Source: Candidatus Micrarchaeota archaeon
Lineage (GTDB): Archaea; Micrarchaeota; Micrarchaeia; Micrarchaeales; CABMGC01
Reading direction: 5' to 3'
DNA length: 64,000 nt
Assembly (NCBI GenBank): GCA_046536795.1
Contig: JAWDMB010000002.1
Location: forward strand, 178,165 to 242,164
Shown here piece by piece: positions 26,791-36,376 of this stretch (positions are counted from its first letter, which is position 1; each line of letters starts with the position of its first letter). A program made the translations under genes and the position numbers. The notes beneath the pieces were generated by a model. That model saw nothing but the letters and a program-made list of their open reading frames with translations. It did no database searches and was not told the origin of the DNA.

Positions 26791-27693
26791 ATGAATTTTA
26801 TAAGTGTGGCGGATTTATCAAAAGAAGGGATCACTGAGATCTTTAATATAGCTGATGACCTGAAACATGAAAGGGTTGGAATAGCGCTTAAAAAGGATGC
26901 TGTCGCTGCGCTTATATTTGAAAAACCTTCTACAAGGACAAGGGTATCGTTCGAAGTTGCAATGGCACAGCTTGGCGGGCATTCAATTTATATAGATTCA
27001 AGAACTTCTCAGCTCTCTAGAGGAGAGAGTATTGCAGATACAGCAAAGGTACTGAGCGGCTATGTGGATTTTATAATTGCAAGGCTTTACAAACACGATG
27101 ATATTGTAGAACTAGCTAATAATGCTACTGTGCCTGTAATAAACGCACTTACAGACTTAGAGCATCCGTGCCAAGCGCTAAGTGACCTTTATACAATACA
27201 AGAGGTAAAGAAAAAGCTCAGAGGCTTAAAGCTTGCTTTCGTAGGAGATATAGCTGCCAATACAGCAAACTCGCTTATGCTAGCGGGAGCAAAGATGGGT
27301 ATGGAGATAGCACTTGTTGGGCCAAAGAATTATATGCCAAACACATTCTACTTTACAAAAGCTAGAGAATATAGCAAGGTTGAGACATATAATAATATAA
27401 AAGAGGGGGTAGCAGATGCAGATGTTATATATACTGATACATTTGTAAGCATGGGTCAAGAAGCCGAGGCAGAGGAAAGAAAAAAATTGTTTGCACCTTA
27501 CCAAGTGAATAAAACTTTAGTGAGCTATGCAAAGAAGGATGCGATAGTAATGCACTGTCTGCCTGCACATCGTGGCGAGGAGATAACAAGCGATGTTTTA
27601 GATGGGCCACAAAGCGTTGTTTGGCAGCAGGCAAAAAATAAACTACTTGTGGAAAAGGCTATACTTCTCTATTTATCTGAAAAGAGCTTCTAA
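26791..27693 (+). CDS. argF: ornithine carbamoyltransferase
   Basis: Motifs STRTRVSFE, HPCQ, DTFVSMGQE and HCLPAHRGEE. Confidence 0.85.
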   Translation: MNFISVADLSKEGITEIFNIADDLKHERVGIALKKDAVAALIFEKPSTRTRVSFEVAMAQLGGHSIYIDSRTSQLSRGESIADTAKVLSGYVDFIIARLYKHDDIVELANNATVPVINALTDLEHPCQALSDLYTIQEVKKKLRGLKLAFVGDIAANTANSLMLAGAKMGMEIALVGPKNYMPNTFYFTKAREYSKVETYNNIKEGVADADVIYTDTFVSMGQEAEAEERKKLFAPYQVNKTLVSYAKKDAIVMHCLPAHRGEEITSDVLDGPQSVVWQQAKNKLLVEKAILLYLSEKSF

Positions 27694-27701
27694 GCTTAGA
27701 T

Positions 27702-28412
27702 TTAACCCCACACATCTGCTTTTATTTTTGCTACATCCACCCCAATATTGACTAGCGCCTGCTTCATCGCATTTGTAAAAGCAAGAGGGCCGCAGATATA
27801 AGGATCTCTTTCCATAAAATCAGGTACATTTCTTTTTATCATATCCTCGTTTATATGGCCTGTTTCGCCGCTCCAGTTATCACCAGGCTGGGGCCTTGTA
27901 ACTGTTATAACAAGTTTCATGTTTAAGCTTTTTTCAAATTCTTCTAGCTCTGCACGCCTTATGATCTCATTCGGATATCTTACACTATACATTAAAGCTA
28001 CATCTATGCCAAGGTTTTTCTGCTTTATATATCTCAACATTGAAAGGAAAGGGGCTAAGCCTGTGCCACCGGCTATAAAAAGAACCTTCTTGTTCTTGCT
28101 TGGATCAAACTTAAATTGCCCATAAGGCCCAGAAATATGGTATATATCACCAACCTTTGCCTCTTCAAGCTTAGAGGTAAGCCTGCCGTGGATCATGCTT
28201 ATAATAAGTTCTATTGTGTCGCTTCCTGGAGCAGAGGCTATAGAATATGCCCTACCTATCTCATCCGGCGTATTTGCTTTATAGTATAGCATTATAAACA
28301 TACCAGGACTAAAGTCAAGAATGCTGCCATCAGCACTTTTAAACCTGAATATCGTTACATCTGGGGTTTCTTTTATTATCTCACTAATATAGTAAGGTTT
28401 CTTTATTATCAC
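27702..28412 (-). CDS. FAD/NAD(P)-binding oxidoreductase, ferredoxin-NADP reductase-like fold
   Basis: RAYSIAS (FAD binding) and FIAGGTGLAP (NAD binding). No Fe-S cysteine cluster seen. Confidence 0.7.
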   Translation of the reverse strand: MIIKKPYYISEIIKETPDVTIFRFKSADGSILDFSPGMFIMLYYKANTPDEIGRAYSIASAPGSDTIELIISMIHGRLTSKLEEAKVGDIYHISGPYGQFKFDPSKNKKVLFIAGGTGLAPFLSMLRYIKQKNLGIDVALMYSVRYPNEIIRRAELEEFEKSLNMKLVITVTRPQPGDNWSGETGHINEDMIKRNVPDFMERDPYICGPLAFTNAMKQALVNIGVDVAKIKADVWG

Positions 28413-28463
28413 AAATTCACCAAGAGGTTTATAAGAATTAGATAATAAAAATATTAAAAATGC

Positions 28464-28781
28464 TTACTTTAGGTTTGTAAGTGATTCTACTGTCTTTTCG
28501 AACTTGTCTATGCTTTTTATTATTTCCTTGAGTTTGGGATTTATATTATAACCAAGCCCATAGCCTCTTTCTGTTCTTATATGGGTTGGCTGCAAAACGT
28601 TGAGGTTCATAGATAATTCCCTTAAAGTTATTATAAGCGTTTTTCTGGTAAACTTCTTTCCTAATATAGCGTAGATTTCTTTTGTAGTCCTAGGTGACTT
28701 TTCCATAAGTAGTTTAAGTACCGCATAATTAGGCCTACTAAGCAGCTCTCTTATAAGCCATATCTCATCCTTCTCCTTCAT
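28464..28781 (-). CDS. small winged-helix (ArsR-like) transcriptional regulator
   Basis: NYAVLKLLMEKSPRTTKEIYAILGKKFTRKTLIITLRELS. It is divergent from the pilus ATPase gene. ATG (M9 of the track ORF) is preferred as the start. Confidence 0.55.
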   Translation of the reverse strand: MKEKDEIWLIRELLSRPNYAVLKLLMEKSPRTTKEIYAILGKKFTRKTLIITLRELSMNLNVLQPTHIRTERGYGLGYNINPKLKEIIKSIDKFEKTVESLTNLK

Positions 28782-28965
28782 AAAAACCACAGGCCCCAAG
28801 CCCAATACTAAAATATATTTTTATAACAAACTTTATAAATGTATACCAATTTTCCAAAAACTTTACTCTTTCTGCAAACAAAAGGTATTTAAATATATTT
28901 ATACATAAATAAAATTATGTTTACTAAAGTATACTTAATTGGATTAAAGTAAAAAGAGTGGTTTT

Positions 28966-30459
28966 GTGCTCCTATTTAAAAGAAAACAAAAAGAAGAAAC
29001 AGAGCCTGTTCCATTAACCTTCTCAATAGAGGCAAAGAATGAAGGCGATGTTCAAGAGGTAATAGAACTACCTATAAGAAGGAGCATAGTAAAGCTAAAC
29101 GGTAGGTATCTATATGTGCTCGGCAGCGATCAAAAGCCCATCTTAAGGCAGGAGCTAAATTTGGCTTCTATAGCCAAAGGAAAGATCTTGGAATTTTTCC
29201 TAAGCGATAACAATGAAGCAGATATTTTTAGCCCAACAGCATTCGAAAAAGCAAGGGAAATAGCTTTTAGTTACTTGAAGCAGAATATCACAGAGGAGCG
29301 CGCATATTATATAGCTTATATAGCCGCTATTGATACAGTTGGCTACGGAGCTATAGGCTTGCTTCTAGAAGACAAAAACAATATAGAAGAAATAGAGATC
29401 AATGCACCAACCTCGCCGATAAATGTATATACAACAAAATACGGAAGATGCGAAACCAATTTAGCCTATAACAGTGAGCTTGAGTTTAGAAGAAGCATAA
29501 ATAAGCTGCTTTATCTTGCTGAAAAGGAGGTTAATGTAAATAATCCAGTTGTTGATGCTGAGCTTGAAAATATAAGGGTGCATGCACAAGTAAGGCCTTA
29601 TGCACATGCTGGAGCATTCGCATCGATAAGGATTGGTGGTAAAAAGCAACTTGGAATAGACAAGCTAATAGCAAACGGTACTACCAATCCGGAGGTGCTA
29701 GCGTATCTATGGCTCGCATTGGACGCCAAGCTTAATATAATAATTTCTGGCGCTCCCGCAAGCGGCAAAACAACATTGCTTTCTTCTCTTCTAACCCTTA
29801 TACCAAGATATAACAAAGTCGTAGTTGTAGAAGAAGAAGCAAATGAACTTGGAGAATTTGCAGCAAACTATGTATCAATATATAGCACAAAGAAAGGAAT
29901 TAACCTACAGCAACAGGTTATAAATACGCTTAGAATGAGGCCAGATAGACTTATTATTGGTGAGATAAGGGGAGAAGAAGCGAGAGAAATGTTCTCGGGT
30001 TCTAACCTGGGCATTCCATTCATGACAACTATGCATAGCAACGATGGCGGGCTTTCTATATTGAAAAAGCTACTTGTTAAACCAATGAGCGTAGAGCCAA
30101 GTGCGCTTGGCATGCTTGATCTAGCTGTATACATGAAACAGGTTGATTTGAGCAAAAGGGTTGTAGAAAGTATATATGAGTATAGATGGCTTAGTAGGGG
30201 CGAGATAAGCGATGGCGGTATAGACGTTGGTAATGTAGACAGGGTAGAGATAAATGAGGTTGTAAAAAATGGTTTATTGGATTATGAAATGATAAAGAAA
30301 TCAAAGGTATTGGATTCATTTGCGAAGGTAAGAGGATTAAGCAGCAAGAAGGTTTTAGAAGAACTCAGAAAAAGAGTAAAGCTCCTAGAAAATGTTCATA
30401 CTCTAAAGCAAAATGAACTAAGTGAGATGGTAGATCGCTATGGCATTGGCATTGAATGA
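28966..30459 (+). CDS. type II/IV secretion family ATPase (archaeal FlaI/PilB-like pilus assembly ATPase)
   Basis: Walker A GAPASGKTT, an Asp/Glu box VVVVEEEANE, RMRPDRLIIGEIRGEEA and the His box TTMHSN. Confidence 0.85.
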   Translation: MLLFKRKQKEETEPVPLTFSIEAKNEGDVQEVIELPIRRSIVKLNGRYLYVLGSDQKPILRQELNLASIAKGKILEFFLSDNNEADIFSPTAFEKAREIAFSYLKQNITEERAYYIAYIAAIDTVGYGAIGLLLEDKNNIEEIEINAPTSPINVYTTKYGRCETNLAYNSELEFRRSINKLLYLAEKEVNVNNPVVDAELENIRVHAQVRPYAHAGAFASIRIGGKKQLGIDKLIANGTTNPEVLAYLWLALDAKLNIIISGAPASGKTTLLSSLLTLIPRYNKVVVVEEEANELGEFAANYVSIYSTKKGINLQQQVINTLRMRPDRLIIGEIRGEEAREMFSGSNLGIPFMTTMHSNDGGLSILKKLLVKPMSVEPSALGMLDLAVYMKQVDLSKRVVESIYEYRWLSRGEISDGGIDVGNVDRVEINEVVKNGLLDYEMIKKSKVLDSFAKVRGLSSKKVLEELRKRVKLLENVHTLKQNELSEMVDRYGIGIE

Positions 30460-31036
30460 ATATCACGCCTTATTAATGGTTTCTATTTCCTCATTCTTAC
30501 TTGTAGCACTTCTTTATATAAGGCTCAAAAGATTTTATGATGAAGCAAAACTCAAAAAAGATTTTATAGAATCGCTCTATCTTGCTATTGAGTATGCGGG
30601 TGAAAAGCCCATCGCAAAAGGACTTGAAATTGTAATGAAGAACACAAAAGATGAAAGGCTGAAGGGTATTTTAAGAAGAGAAATTATAAGCGATCTTATA
30701 AAGGGCACTTTATTGAAAAGGATAAAAGAAGCATTTAAGACAGAATCAGGCGAGATTAACTATAATAAGATAGGCTCCTTAATCGAAAAGAATGAGGCAG
30801 AGCTTAAGTTTACTGTATCGGAAATCGAATCGAGTATGCAGAGAAATGCAACATTTAATATGTTTATCTCAACGATAGCACCATCGTTTATTATTCTTGG
30901 ATTTATAGGCAATCTTATCGCTTCAGGCAAATTTAATCCAATTATGTTCTTTATTATGCTCATCGCCCTGCCTGTATTATATGCGTTTGGTCTCACGCTC
31001 TCCCAAAGGCGTCTAATAGATGCTTTCGCAAATTGA
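30440..31036 (+). CDS. pilus platform membrane protein, T2SS-F/TadB-like half (1 of 2)
   Basis: 198 aa. N-terminal TM, a helical cytoplasmic segment, then 2-3 C-terminal TMs. It overlaps the ATPase gene. The call rests mostly on context and topology. Confidence 0.45.
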   Translation: MALALNEYHALLMVSISSFLLVALLYIRLKRFYDEAKLKKDFIESLYLAIEYAGEKPIAKGLEIVMKNTKDERLKGILRREIISDLIKGTLLKRIKEAFKTESGEINYNKIGSLIEKNEAELKFTVSEIESSMQRNATFNMFISTIAPSFIILGFIGNLIASGKFNPIMFFIMLIALPVLYAFGLTLSQRRLIDAFAN

Positions 31037-31718
31037 ATATATATTAGGTTTGGCAGGCATATTTCTTCTGGGCATCAACAAGATAGCGCTAGCTGCACTG
31101 CTAATAGCAATATGCGTAATCATACATCTGAGGATAAGAAAGAATATGCATGAGAATATAATTGAAGCTGCTGAAGAACTCTATTCAAAGAACGGCTCAG
31201 CTACTATAACACTAGGCAAGCTCGCTAAAGAATTTAAGCAAATGGAAAAGGAGTTTAAACGCTATTGGTTAGGCGGCATAGAAAACAGACCTAATGGAAC
31301 AAAAGCTGGGCTTATTCTAGCAAATAGTGCGATTAGCGGGGAGAGCGCATCCACAGCTTTAAGGCTTGCCAAAGGCGAAGAAAGAATAAAAGAGTACAAG
31401 AGCTATGCCACAGCTAAGGCAAAAGGAATGTATGTGCTCACATGGCTTGGCCTCTCTTTCTTCTTTCCATTCTTTTCTGGAGTAGGCTTAAGCATAATCG
31501 CAGGAAGCAGCATTCTTGCAAATGCAAGCAATAGCAGCAGTATTGCCAATTTCTTTAGCACTGCTGTTTTGGCTTATATCTTTGAATCAATGCTGATAAG
31601 CAACGCGTTCTATAACATAGAGAAGAGTTTTTGGTATGCTTTGCTTGACTCTATATTCCCTTTTTCGATCGCATTTCTTGTGTTAAAGGCTTCTTCGCAT
31701 ATATTTGCAATTCTATGA
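31020..31718 (+). CDS. pilus platform membrane protein, T2SS-F/TadC-like half (2 of 2)
   Basis: 232 aa with the same topology as the preceding gene, which it overlaps by 17 nt. Confidence 0.45.
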   Translation: MLSQIEYILGLAGIFLLGINKIALAALLIAICVIIHLRIRKNMHENIIEAAEELYSKNGSATITLGKLAKEFKQMEKEFKRYWLGGIENRPNGTKAGLILANSAISGESASTALRLAKGEERIKEYKSYATAKAKGMYVLTWLGLSFFFPFFSGVGLSIIAGSSILANASNSSSIANFFSTAVLAYIFESMLISNAFYNIEKSFWYALLDSIFPFSIAFLVLKASSHIFAIL

Positions 31719-31731
31719 AAAAGGTGGTAGA

Positions 31732-31965
31732 ATGAAAGAAGAGATAAAAGCATTCCTGACTCTCACAAAAAGCGCAAAAGGTCAAGGATCGCTAGAGTAC
31801 ATAATGATGCTTGCCGCTGCAAGCATTGTTATAGTATTAGCACTAGCGATGATAGTAAAGATGAAGCAGGCTGTAGTAACAAGCGTAGCTGTCAACGGAA
31901 CAAACACAAGCATATCATCTGCTATCTCGCACGAGCTCTCAGCGATTGCAGCAAATAGCGTGTGA
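31732..31965 (+). CDS. pilin-like protein (class III signal peptide)
   Basis: ATG 31732 is preceded by AAGGTGG. TKSAKG|QGSLEYIMMLAAASIVIVLAL. Confidence 0.65.
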   Translation: MKEEIKAFLTLTKSAKGQGSLEYIMMLAAASIVIVLALAMIVKMKQAVVTSVAVNGTNTSISSAISHELSAIAANSV

Positions 31966-31974
31966 AGTGCAAGC

Positions 31975-32361
31975 ATGAAGGCCCAGATCTCGCTTGAGCT
32001 ACTGATATACCTTTCTATCTCTAGTATAAGCCTTTTAGCGATCTCTAGTTTGCTACTTCACTATATGCCAAGAATAAAAAGCGATCTAGAAGAATATACA
32101 ATATGGCTTATGTTAGCAAAATTAGATACAGCTTCATATTATTATAGCAACGCAAGCATATACTTGTTTATACCACAAGGCTTATGCAATGCGAGCATAG
32201 AAGGCGATATGCTGCTCACAAGATTTGGGTCTTTCTATTTTAACCCAGCATTAAGCTTAGCGCCAAACGATTTCTGCCCAGACAATGAATATGCAACACT
32301 CTATATGAGAGATGAAGGAGGCTATATCTACGTGGTTAGAGAGTATGCAAGCACAAATTAG
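31975..32361 (+). CDS. pilin-like protein (class III signal peptide)
   Basis: MKA|QISLELLIYLSISSISLLAI, with Q+1, S+3 and E+5. Confidence 0.6.
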   Translation: MKAQISLELLIYLSISSISLLAISSLLLHYMPRIKSDLEEYTIWLMLAKLDTASYYYSNASIYLFIPQGLCNASIEGDMLLTRFGSFYFNPALSLAPNDFCPDNEYATLYMRDEGGYIYVVREYASTN

Positions 32362-32536
32362 TTTAGAGATGCTTTTTTCTATGTCTCTTTCATTTATTCT
32401 GTTTTCTTTGCTTTTCTCATATGCTTATACCTCATATCTAAGATATCTAAACCAGAATTTCAGCATATGCGAGGCACAAAATACAATACAGCTTGGTCTT
32501 GCGAATGGCTATATCCAGGGTGTTGAGAAATGCTAA
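32345..32536 (+). CDS. small pilin-like protein (class III signal peptide)
   Basis: The internal ATG gives MQA|QISLEMLFSMSLSFILFSLLF. It overlaps the previous gene's end. Confidence 0.5.
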   Translation: MQAQISLEMLFSMSLSFILFSLLFSYAYTSYLRYLNQNFSICEAQNTIQLGLANGYIQGVEKC

Positions 32537-32802
32537 GGCTTTTCATAATATCAATGGACTTGCTTGTTTCGCTCCCGCTTGTAATGTTGCTAATAGTTCT
32601 ACTGGTTTCTCTTACATATATAATCAACTTAAACAGCAGTTATATCTCACTCTTTTCTCATGAACTCTATGCATATGCCAGATCGCAGATTAACGAAGAA
32701 TTCAACATTAGAGCAAGCAATATTATGCCATTAAATGCTAGCTGCAACGAATGCAGGATAATTACATATAAACAAAAAGTGTATAAGATGGTGATAAATT
32801 GA
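32530..32802 (+). CDS. small membrane or pilin-like protein
   Basis: 90 aa with a hydrophobic N-terminus, MLRLFIISMDLLVSLPLVMLLIVLLV. No clean Q+1/E+5 motif. Overlapping starts and stops indicate operon membership. Confidence 0.35.
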   Translation: MLRLFIISMDLLVSLPLVMLLIVLLVSLTYIINLNSSYISLFSHELYAYARSQINEEFNIRASNIMPLNASCNECRIITYKQKVYKMVIN

Positions 32803-34064
32803 AAATACAAACAAGCTTAGAATTTATACTTATTTTGGGTGCTGTTTCACTATTAGTGCTTAGCGTTGTATCAGTTTATTCAAACAAAATAAGCCAGGCA
32901 AAAACAATTCTCGGTTTAAATCTAACAATGCCTAGAGAGAATGCTTCGTATATGCAAAACCTTTTTAATATATCCGCATATGTACCGCTACAGACTTATG
33001 TTGGTTCACAGTATTCTCTTGACTATGTAATCTTATGCCCCCAGGGCTATGCAAATATAAGTATATATGCCCCGAACATTCTGCTTTCAAAAGATAAAAT
33101 AAACAAGAGCATAGACAATATCTTTGCCGGCTATGTTTATTTTGTACCAGAGCAATCTGGCACTGAAAATCTTATACTAAGCTATAAAGCCTTATGCAAT
33201 GGCGCAAAATACAATGGCACTTTACTACTACCAACATATGCAACATACTTGTCTTTTGAAAATAGGAGTGCAGTCGCAGGTTCGTTCTCTATCACCAAAA
33301 GAAATGAATTTATCAGGTATAACTATTCGGGAGTAGAGAATATATTTGCTATAACAACGTGGTCGCATTGCTCACTATGGCACGGCATACCATACTCTAT
33401 GGGTATTTTTGCCCAATGTGGTACTTCAAACGCATGGGATTACTTTATGTTTAATGGTTATTGCTATACAGAAGATAAAGGCGTTGATTCCACCACATGC
33501 ATTTATCCAACACAAACAGCATATAACCTAAGCACGATCAATAGCTATGACCACACCTTCCTATATAATTTCACTATAGAAATAGATTATCAAGGACTTC
33601 GGATGAGCGCTATATTTAATAATACAGAGTGCACAAAGGTATTTCAAGGCAATGCAGAAATTGGCACAGCATGCATATCAAATATAAGTGGCATAGGCCC
33701 GCTTAATTATGCTTCACTAATTTCAAATGGAACTAAAAGTGGAATTGCAAATCAAACCTTATACCAATCTTATTCTCAAGCAAGGAATAATCTTTACAGC
33801 ACCCTAGACTTTTTTAACGGCTCTTCGATCACTAGCTCGGAGCAATCGCAGATAAATAGTGCTATAAATTATTACAGCAAAATTGCTTCGGATTTGGAAG
33901 AATATGGCTTTGAAAACGAAAGCAACTGCTATATTGGATCCAGCTATGTTATATGCAAGCCTGTTTATCCGTTAGCTTATGTAATAAATGCAACATTAAA
34001 TGAAAGCATAGTAAATACAACCCTTTACTTTCAAGGGAGCATATTGAATTTAAGGGGTAAATAG
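32799..34064 (+). CDS. large pilin-like protein, candidate tip adhesin
   Basis: MKI|QTSLEFILILGAVSLLVLSVV is followed by a roughly 390-aa domain with 12 Cys and many N-x-S/T sequons. Confidence 0.6.
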   Translation: MKIQTSLEFILILGAVSLLVLSVVSVYSNKISQAKTILGLNLTMPRENASYMQNLFNISAYVPLQTYVGSQYSLDYVILCPQGYANISIYAPNILLSKDKINKSIDNIFAGYVYFVPEQSGTENLILSYKALCNGAKYNGTLLLPTYATYLSFENRSAVAGSFSITKRNEFIRYNYSGVENIFAITTWSHCSLWHGIPYSMGIFAQCGTSNAWDYFMFNGYCYTEDKGVDSTTCIYPTQTAYNLSTINSYDHTFLYNFTIEIDYQGLRMSAIFNNTECTKVFQGNAEIGTACISNISGIGPLNYASLISNGTKSGIANQTLYQSYSQARNNLYSTLDFFNGSSITSSEQSQINSAINYYSKIASDLEEYGFENESNCYIGSSYVICKPVYPLAYVINATLNESIVNTTLYFQGSILNLRGK

Positions 34065-34442
34065 ATGAGGATACAGCTTGCAAGCATAGAAGCACTTGCC
34101 GCACTTTTGCTAATTTCTAGCATAGCCGGCATAGGGATAAATATGCTTAATGAAGCTTACCATGAAGCCCTTGTTGGAAGAATGTTTAGTCTAGAGAACA
34201 TTGCAGCGTTTGATTTTATAAATGAGGTGTATACAAACTCCTCGTTTGGAAACTGCATAAACCAAACATTATCAAACAGTTCCTGCATAATCGATTATCT
34301 TTCCTTATATAAAGAAACATACCATTTAAATGGTATATTACTTTCAGCAAACAAAACATACGAAATCGGCAACATTACAGAAGGGGCCTTAAAACGTTGC
34401 TTTCCTTATAATGATAGAATTCTTTGTATATATTTGGGGTGA
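34065..34442 (+). CDS. pilin-like protein
   Basis: MRI|QLASIEALAALLLISSIAGI. It starts 1 nt after the previous stop. Confidence 0.5.
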   Translation: MRIQLASIEALAALLLISSIAGIGINMLNEAYHEALVGRMFSLENIAAFDFINEVYTNSSFGNCINQTLSNSSCIIDYLSLYKETYHLNGILLSANKTYEIGNITEGALKRCFPYNDRILCIYLG

Positions 34443-34722
34443 TTGCATTTATTATGGCCTACTATTTGGCATAGCTATACTTTTTTCAGTGCTTTTTCTA
34501 GGCCTAGTTGTTAGGCTCGTTAATTATTATAATCTAGTCTCATTAGAATATAGTAGGCTTGGATATGCAATTACTTTAGAATCGATCGGCGAAATGGCCC
34601 AGTACCAAAATCAAAGTTATGCTTGTTATGCCGCATTGCTTGATGGCTTGCAATGCATTAACAGCACCGTTTATTATGGTAATTCATATATTATGTTAGA
34701 GGGCACGAGTAGTAATAGATAA
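34411..34722 (+). CDS. small membrane protein, last gene of the pilus operon
   Basis: 103 aa with one TM (YYGLLFGIAILFSVLFLGLVV). It overlaps the previous gene by 32 nt. Confidence 0.3.
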   Translation: MIEFFVYIWGDCIYYGLLFGIAILFSVLFLGLVVRLVNYYNLVSLEYSRLGYAITLESIGEMAQYQNQSYACYAALLDGLQCINSTVYYGNSYIMLEGTSSNR

Positions 34723-34762
34723 AGATAAAAATAAGCTTACCCAATAATAAAATAGGGTTTAT

Positions 34763-34834
34763 GGCCTTGGTGGTGTAACGGCTGCATGAAAGGCTGTGGA
34801 CCTTTAGGACCGGGTCCGACTCCCGGCCAAGGCC
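34763..34834 (+). tRNA. tRNA-His(GUG) with encoded G-1
   Basis: G-1 opposite discriminator C73, acceptor GCCTTGG/CCAAGGC, anticodon arm AAAGG-CTGTGGA-CCTTT, T arm CCGGG-TCCGACT-CCCGG (C at position 55). Confidence 0.9.
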
Positions 34835-35019
34835 TTAGCGCCTTAAGCGGATTCTCTTCCTTTGATTTATTAAATTCTACAAAACCCATAACAAAATGCC
34901 AAGTTATAGAAATAAAAATTGTGCAAATCTTGAAAGTTTAAAGTAGTCAAAGCCATTTAGAAAGGCCAAATATAAGAAAAGTTTATAAACTTTAAAATTT
35001 TATAACCTCGTGTGATATC

Positions 35020-36216
35020 ATGTCAAAATGGGGAGATCTTGCACCGTATTGGTTCTTGCTTTTTACGATAGGGTTCGGATGGTTTATACTTGCGCCGCTA
35101 CTTCCGGCGCTCTCGAAGGCGCTTTCGGTAGGTCTTGGCAGTGTATTGCTGATAATATCCTCTTATGGGTACACAATGGTGGTGCTTGGGCTGCTTGCTG
35201 GATATATAGCTGCAAGATTTACTGTCAAAAGTGCACTGTATTCAGCGATGATTATATCAATAGTAGGCCTTATAGGTAGAGCAGTTTCACCTAACTACAT
35301 CTCGTTCCTGCTGTTCGGAATTATAGCAGCAATTGCATATCCGCTTGCAATGGCTCCTGTTGGCAGTGTTGCTGATTCAATATACAAGGAGAGATCACAT
35401 ACAATCATAGGGATAAGTGTTGGAATGCTGTTTCTGGGCATGGCTGTTGGAGCATTGCTAGGTCCTTATATATTTGAGGGATTCGGACTTTCTGGAACGA
35501 TGTGGCTTACAGTGATACTAGCAGTGCTTGCAGCAATATGGCTTCCATTTAAAGTTAAGAACTATCCAACTTTCTATAAAGGCAAATCCCTTCATGGCTC
35601 ATTCAAGCTAGGCATGATAAAGAACTGGTACGTGGGGTTTGCAATAGCCTCAATGTCGGTAATGTTCGGAAGCATTGCTTCTACTGTGCTGCTTCTCCAC
35701 AACCTTCCACTCGAGACTGCACTAAGCTATGGAGGTTTGTTTGGAGGACTTGCGTTCCTAGGCTCCGCATTGGGTGCTATAATACTACCACCCATATTTG
35801 AAAGGTATAATGCAATAAGGGCCGGACTTGTTACTACGGGCGTGCTGAGCTTCGTATCCGTTGCTACAATGGCCCTGACGCTTTCGTATACAAGTCTTCT
35901 TGCAGTGATAGCATTAGCATACTTCCTGTTCGGGTTCTTCGGAAATGCATACTGGTCAATGGCCATGACGTCTACGACTAATTATGTCGATGATCCTGCA
36001 AAGGCTGGATTTGCCACTTCGATGTACAGTGTAGTCACAAACCTCGGAGTAGCAATAATTCCTGTGTTTGTGGGTGCCGAATTCGGTAGCATGACTACAA
36101 TATTTATAGGAGTAAGTGTAGTGCTGTTGATAGAAGCAATAGCGATGATTCTGGCACCTACGCTGCTTGTAAAACCAAAAGCGGCTGATGCAAGAATGGT
36201 TAGACATAAAGGATAA
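35020..36216 (+). CDS. MFS-type transporter
   Basis: 398 aa with about 12 TM segments in a 6+6 arrangement. Internal overlapping ORFs were judged to be shadows. Confidence 0.8.
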   Translation: MSKWGDLAPYWFLLFTIGFGWFILAPLLPALSKALSVGLGSVLLIISSYGYTMVVLGLLAGYIAARFTVKSALYSAMIISIVGLIGRAVSPNYISFLLFGIIAAIAYPLAMAPVGSVADSIYKERSHTIIGISVGMLFLGMAVGALLGPYIFEGFGLSGTMWLTVILAVLAAIWLPFKVKNYPTFYKGKSLHGSFKLGMIKNWYVGFAIASMSVMFGSIASTVLLLHNLPLETALSYGGLFGGLAFLGSALGAIILPPIFERYNAIRAGLVTTGVLSFVSVATMALTLSYTSLLAVIALAYFLFGFFGNAYWSMAMTSTTNYVDDPAKAGFATSMYSVVTNLGVAIIPVFVGAEFGSMTTIFIGVSVVLLIEAIAMILAPTLLVKPKAADARMVRHKG

Positions 36217-36376
36217 AGAGCAGTATTTATTTTGTTTTTATTTCTCCGATTCTTTTTTGCTTGTTTAGATAGTGATGCAAACACTTTGCTAGAGAGCTAT
36301 AGATTTTATGACACACTTTCTTGCATTGCCTCATTTTAAGCTGTTTAAACCATTCAAGTTCTTTGCTTTTGGGTTT

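Noticed and set aside
35028-36284. Several 79-100-aa ORFs on both strands inside the MFS transporter gene.
   Set aside because: All are nested in a 398-aa ORF with clear 12-TM architecture. The relatively GC-richer membrane-protein sequence generates open alternative frames.
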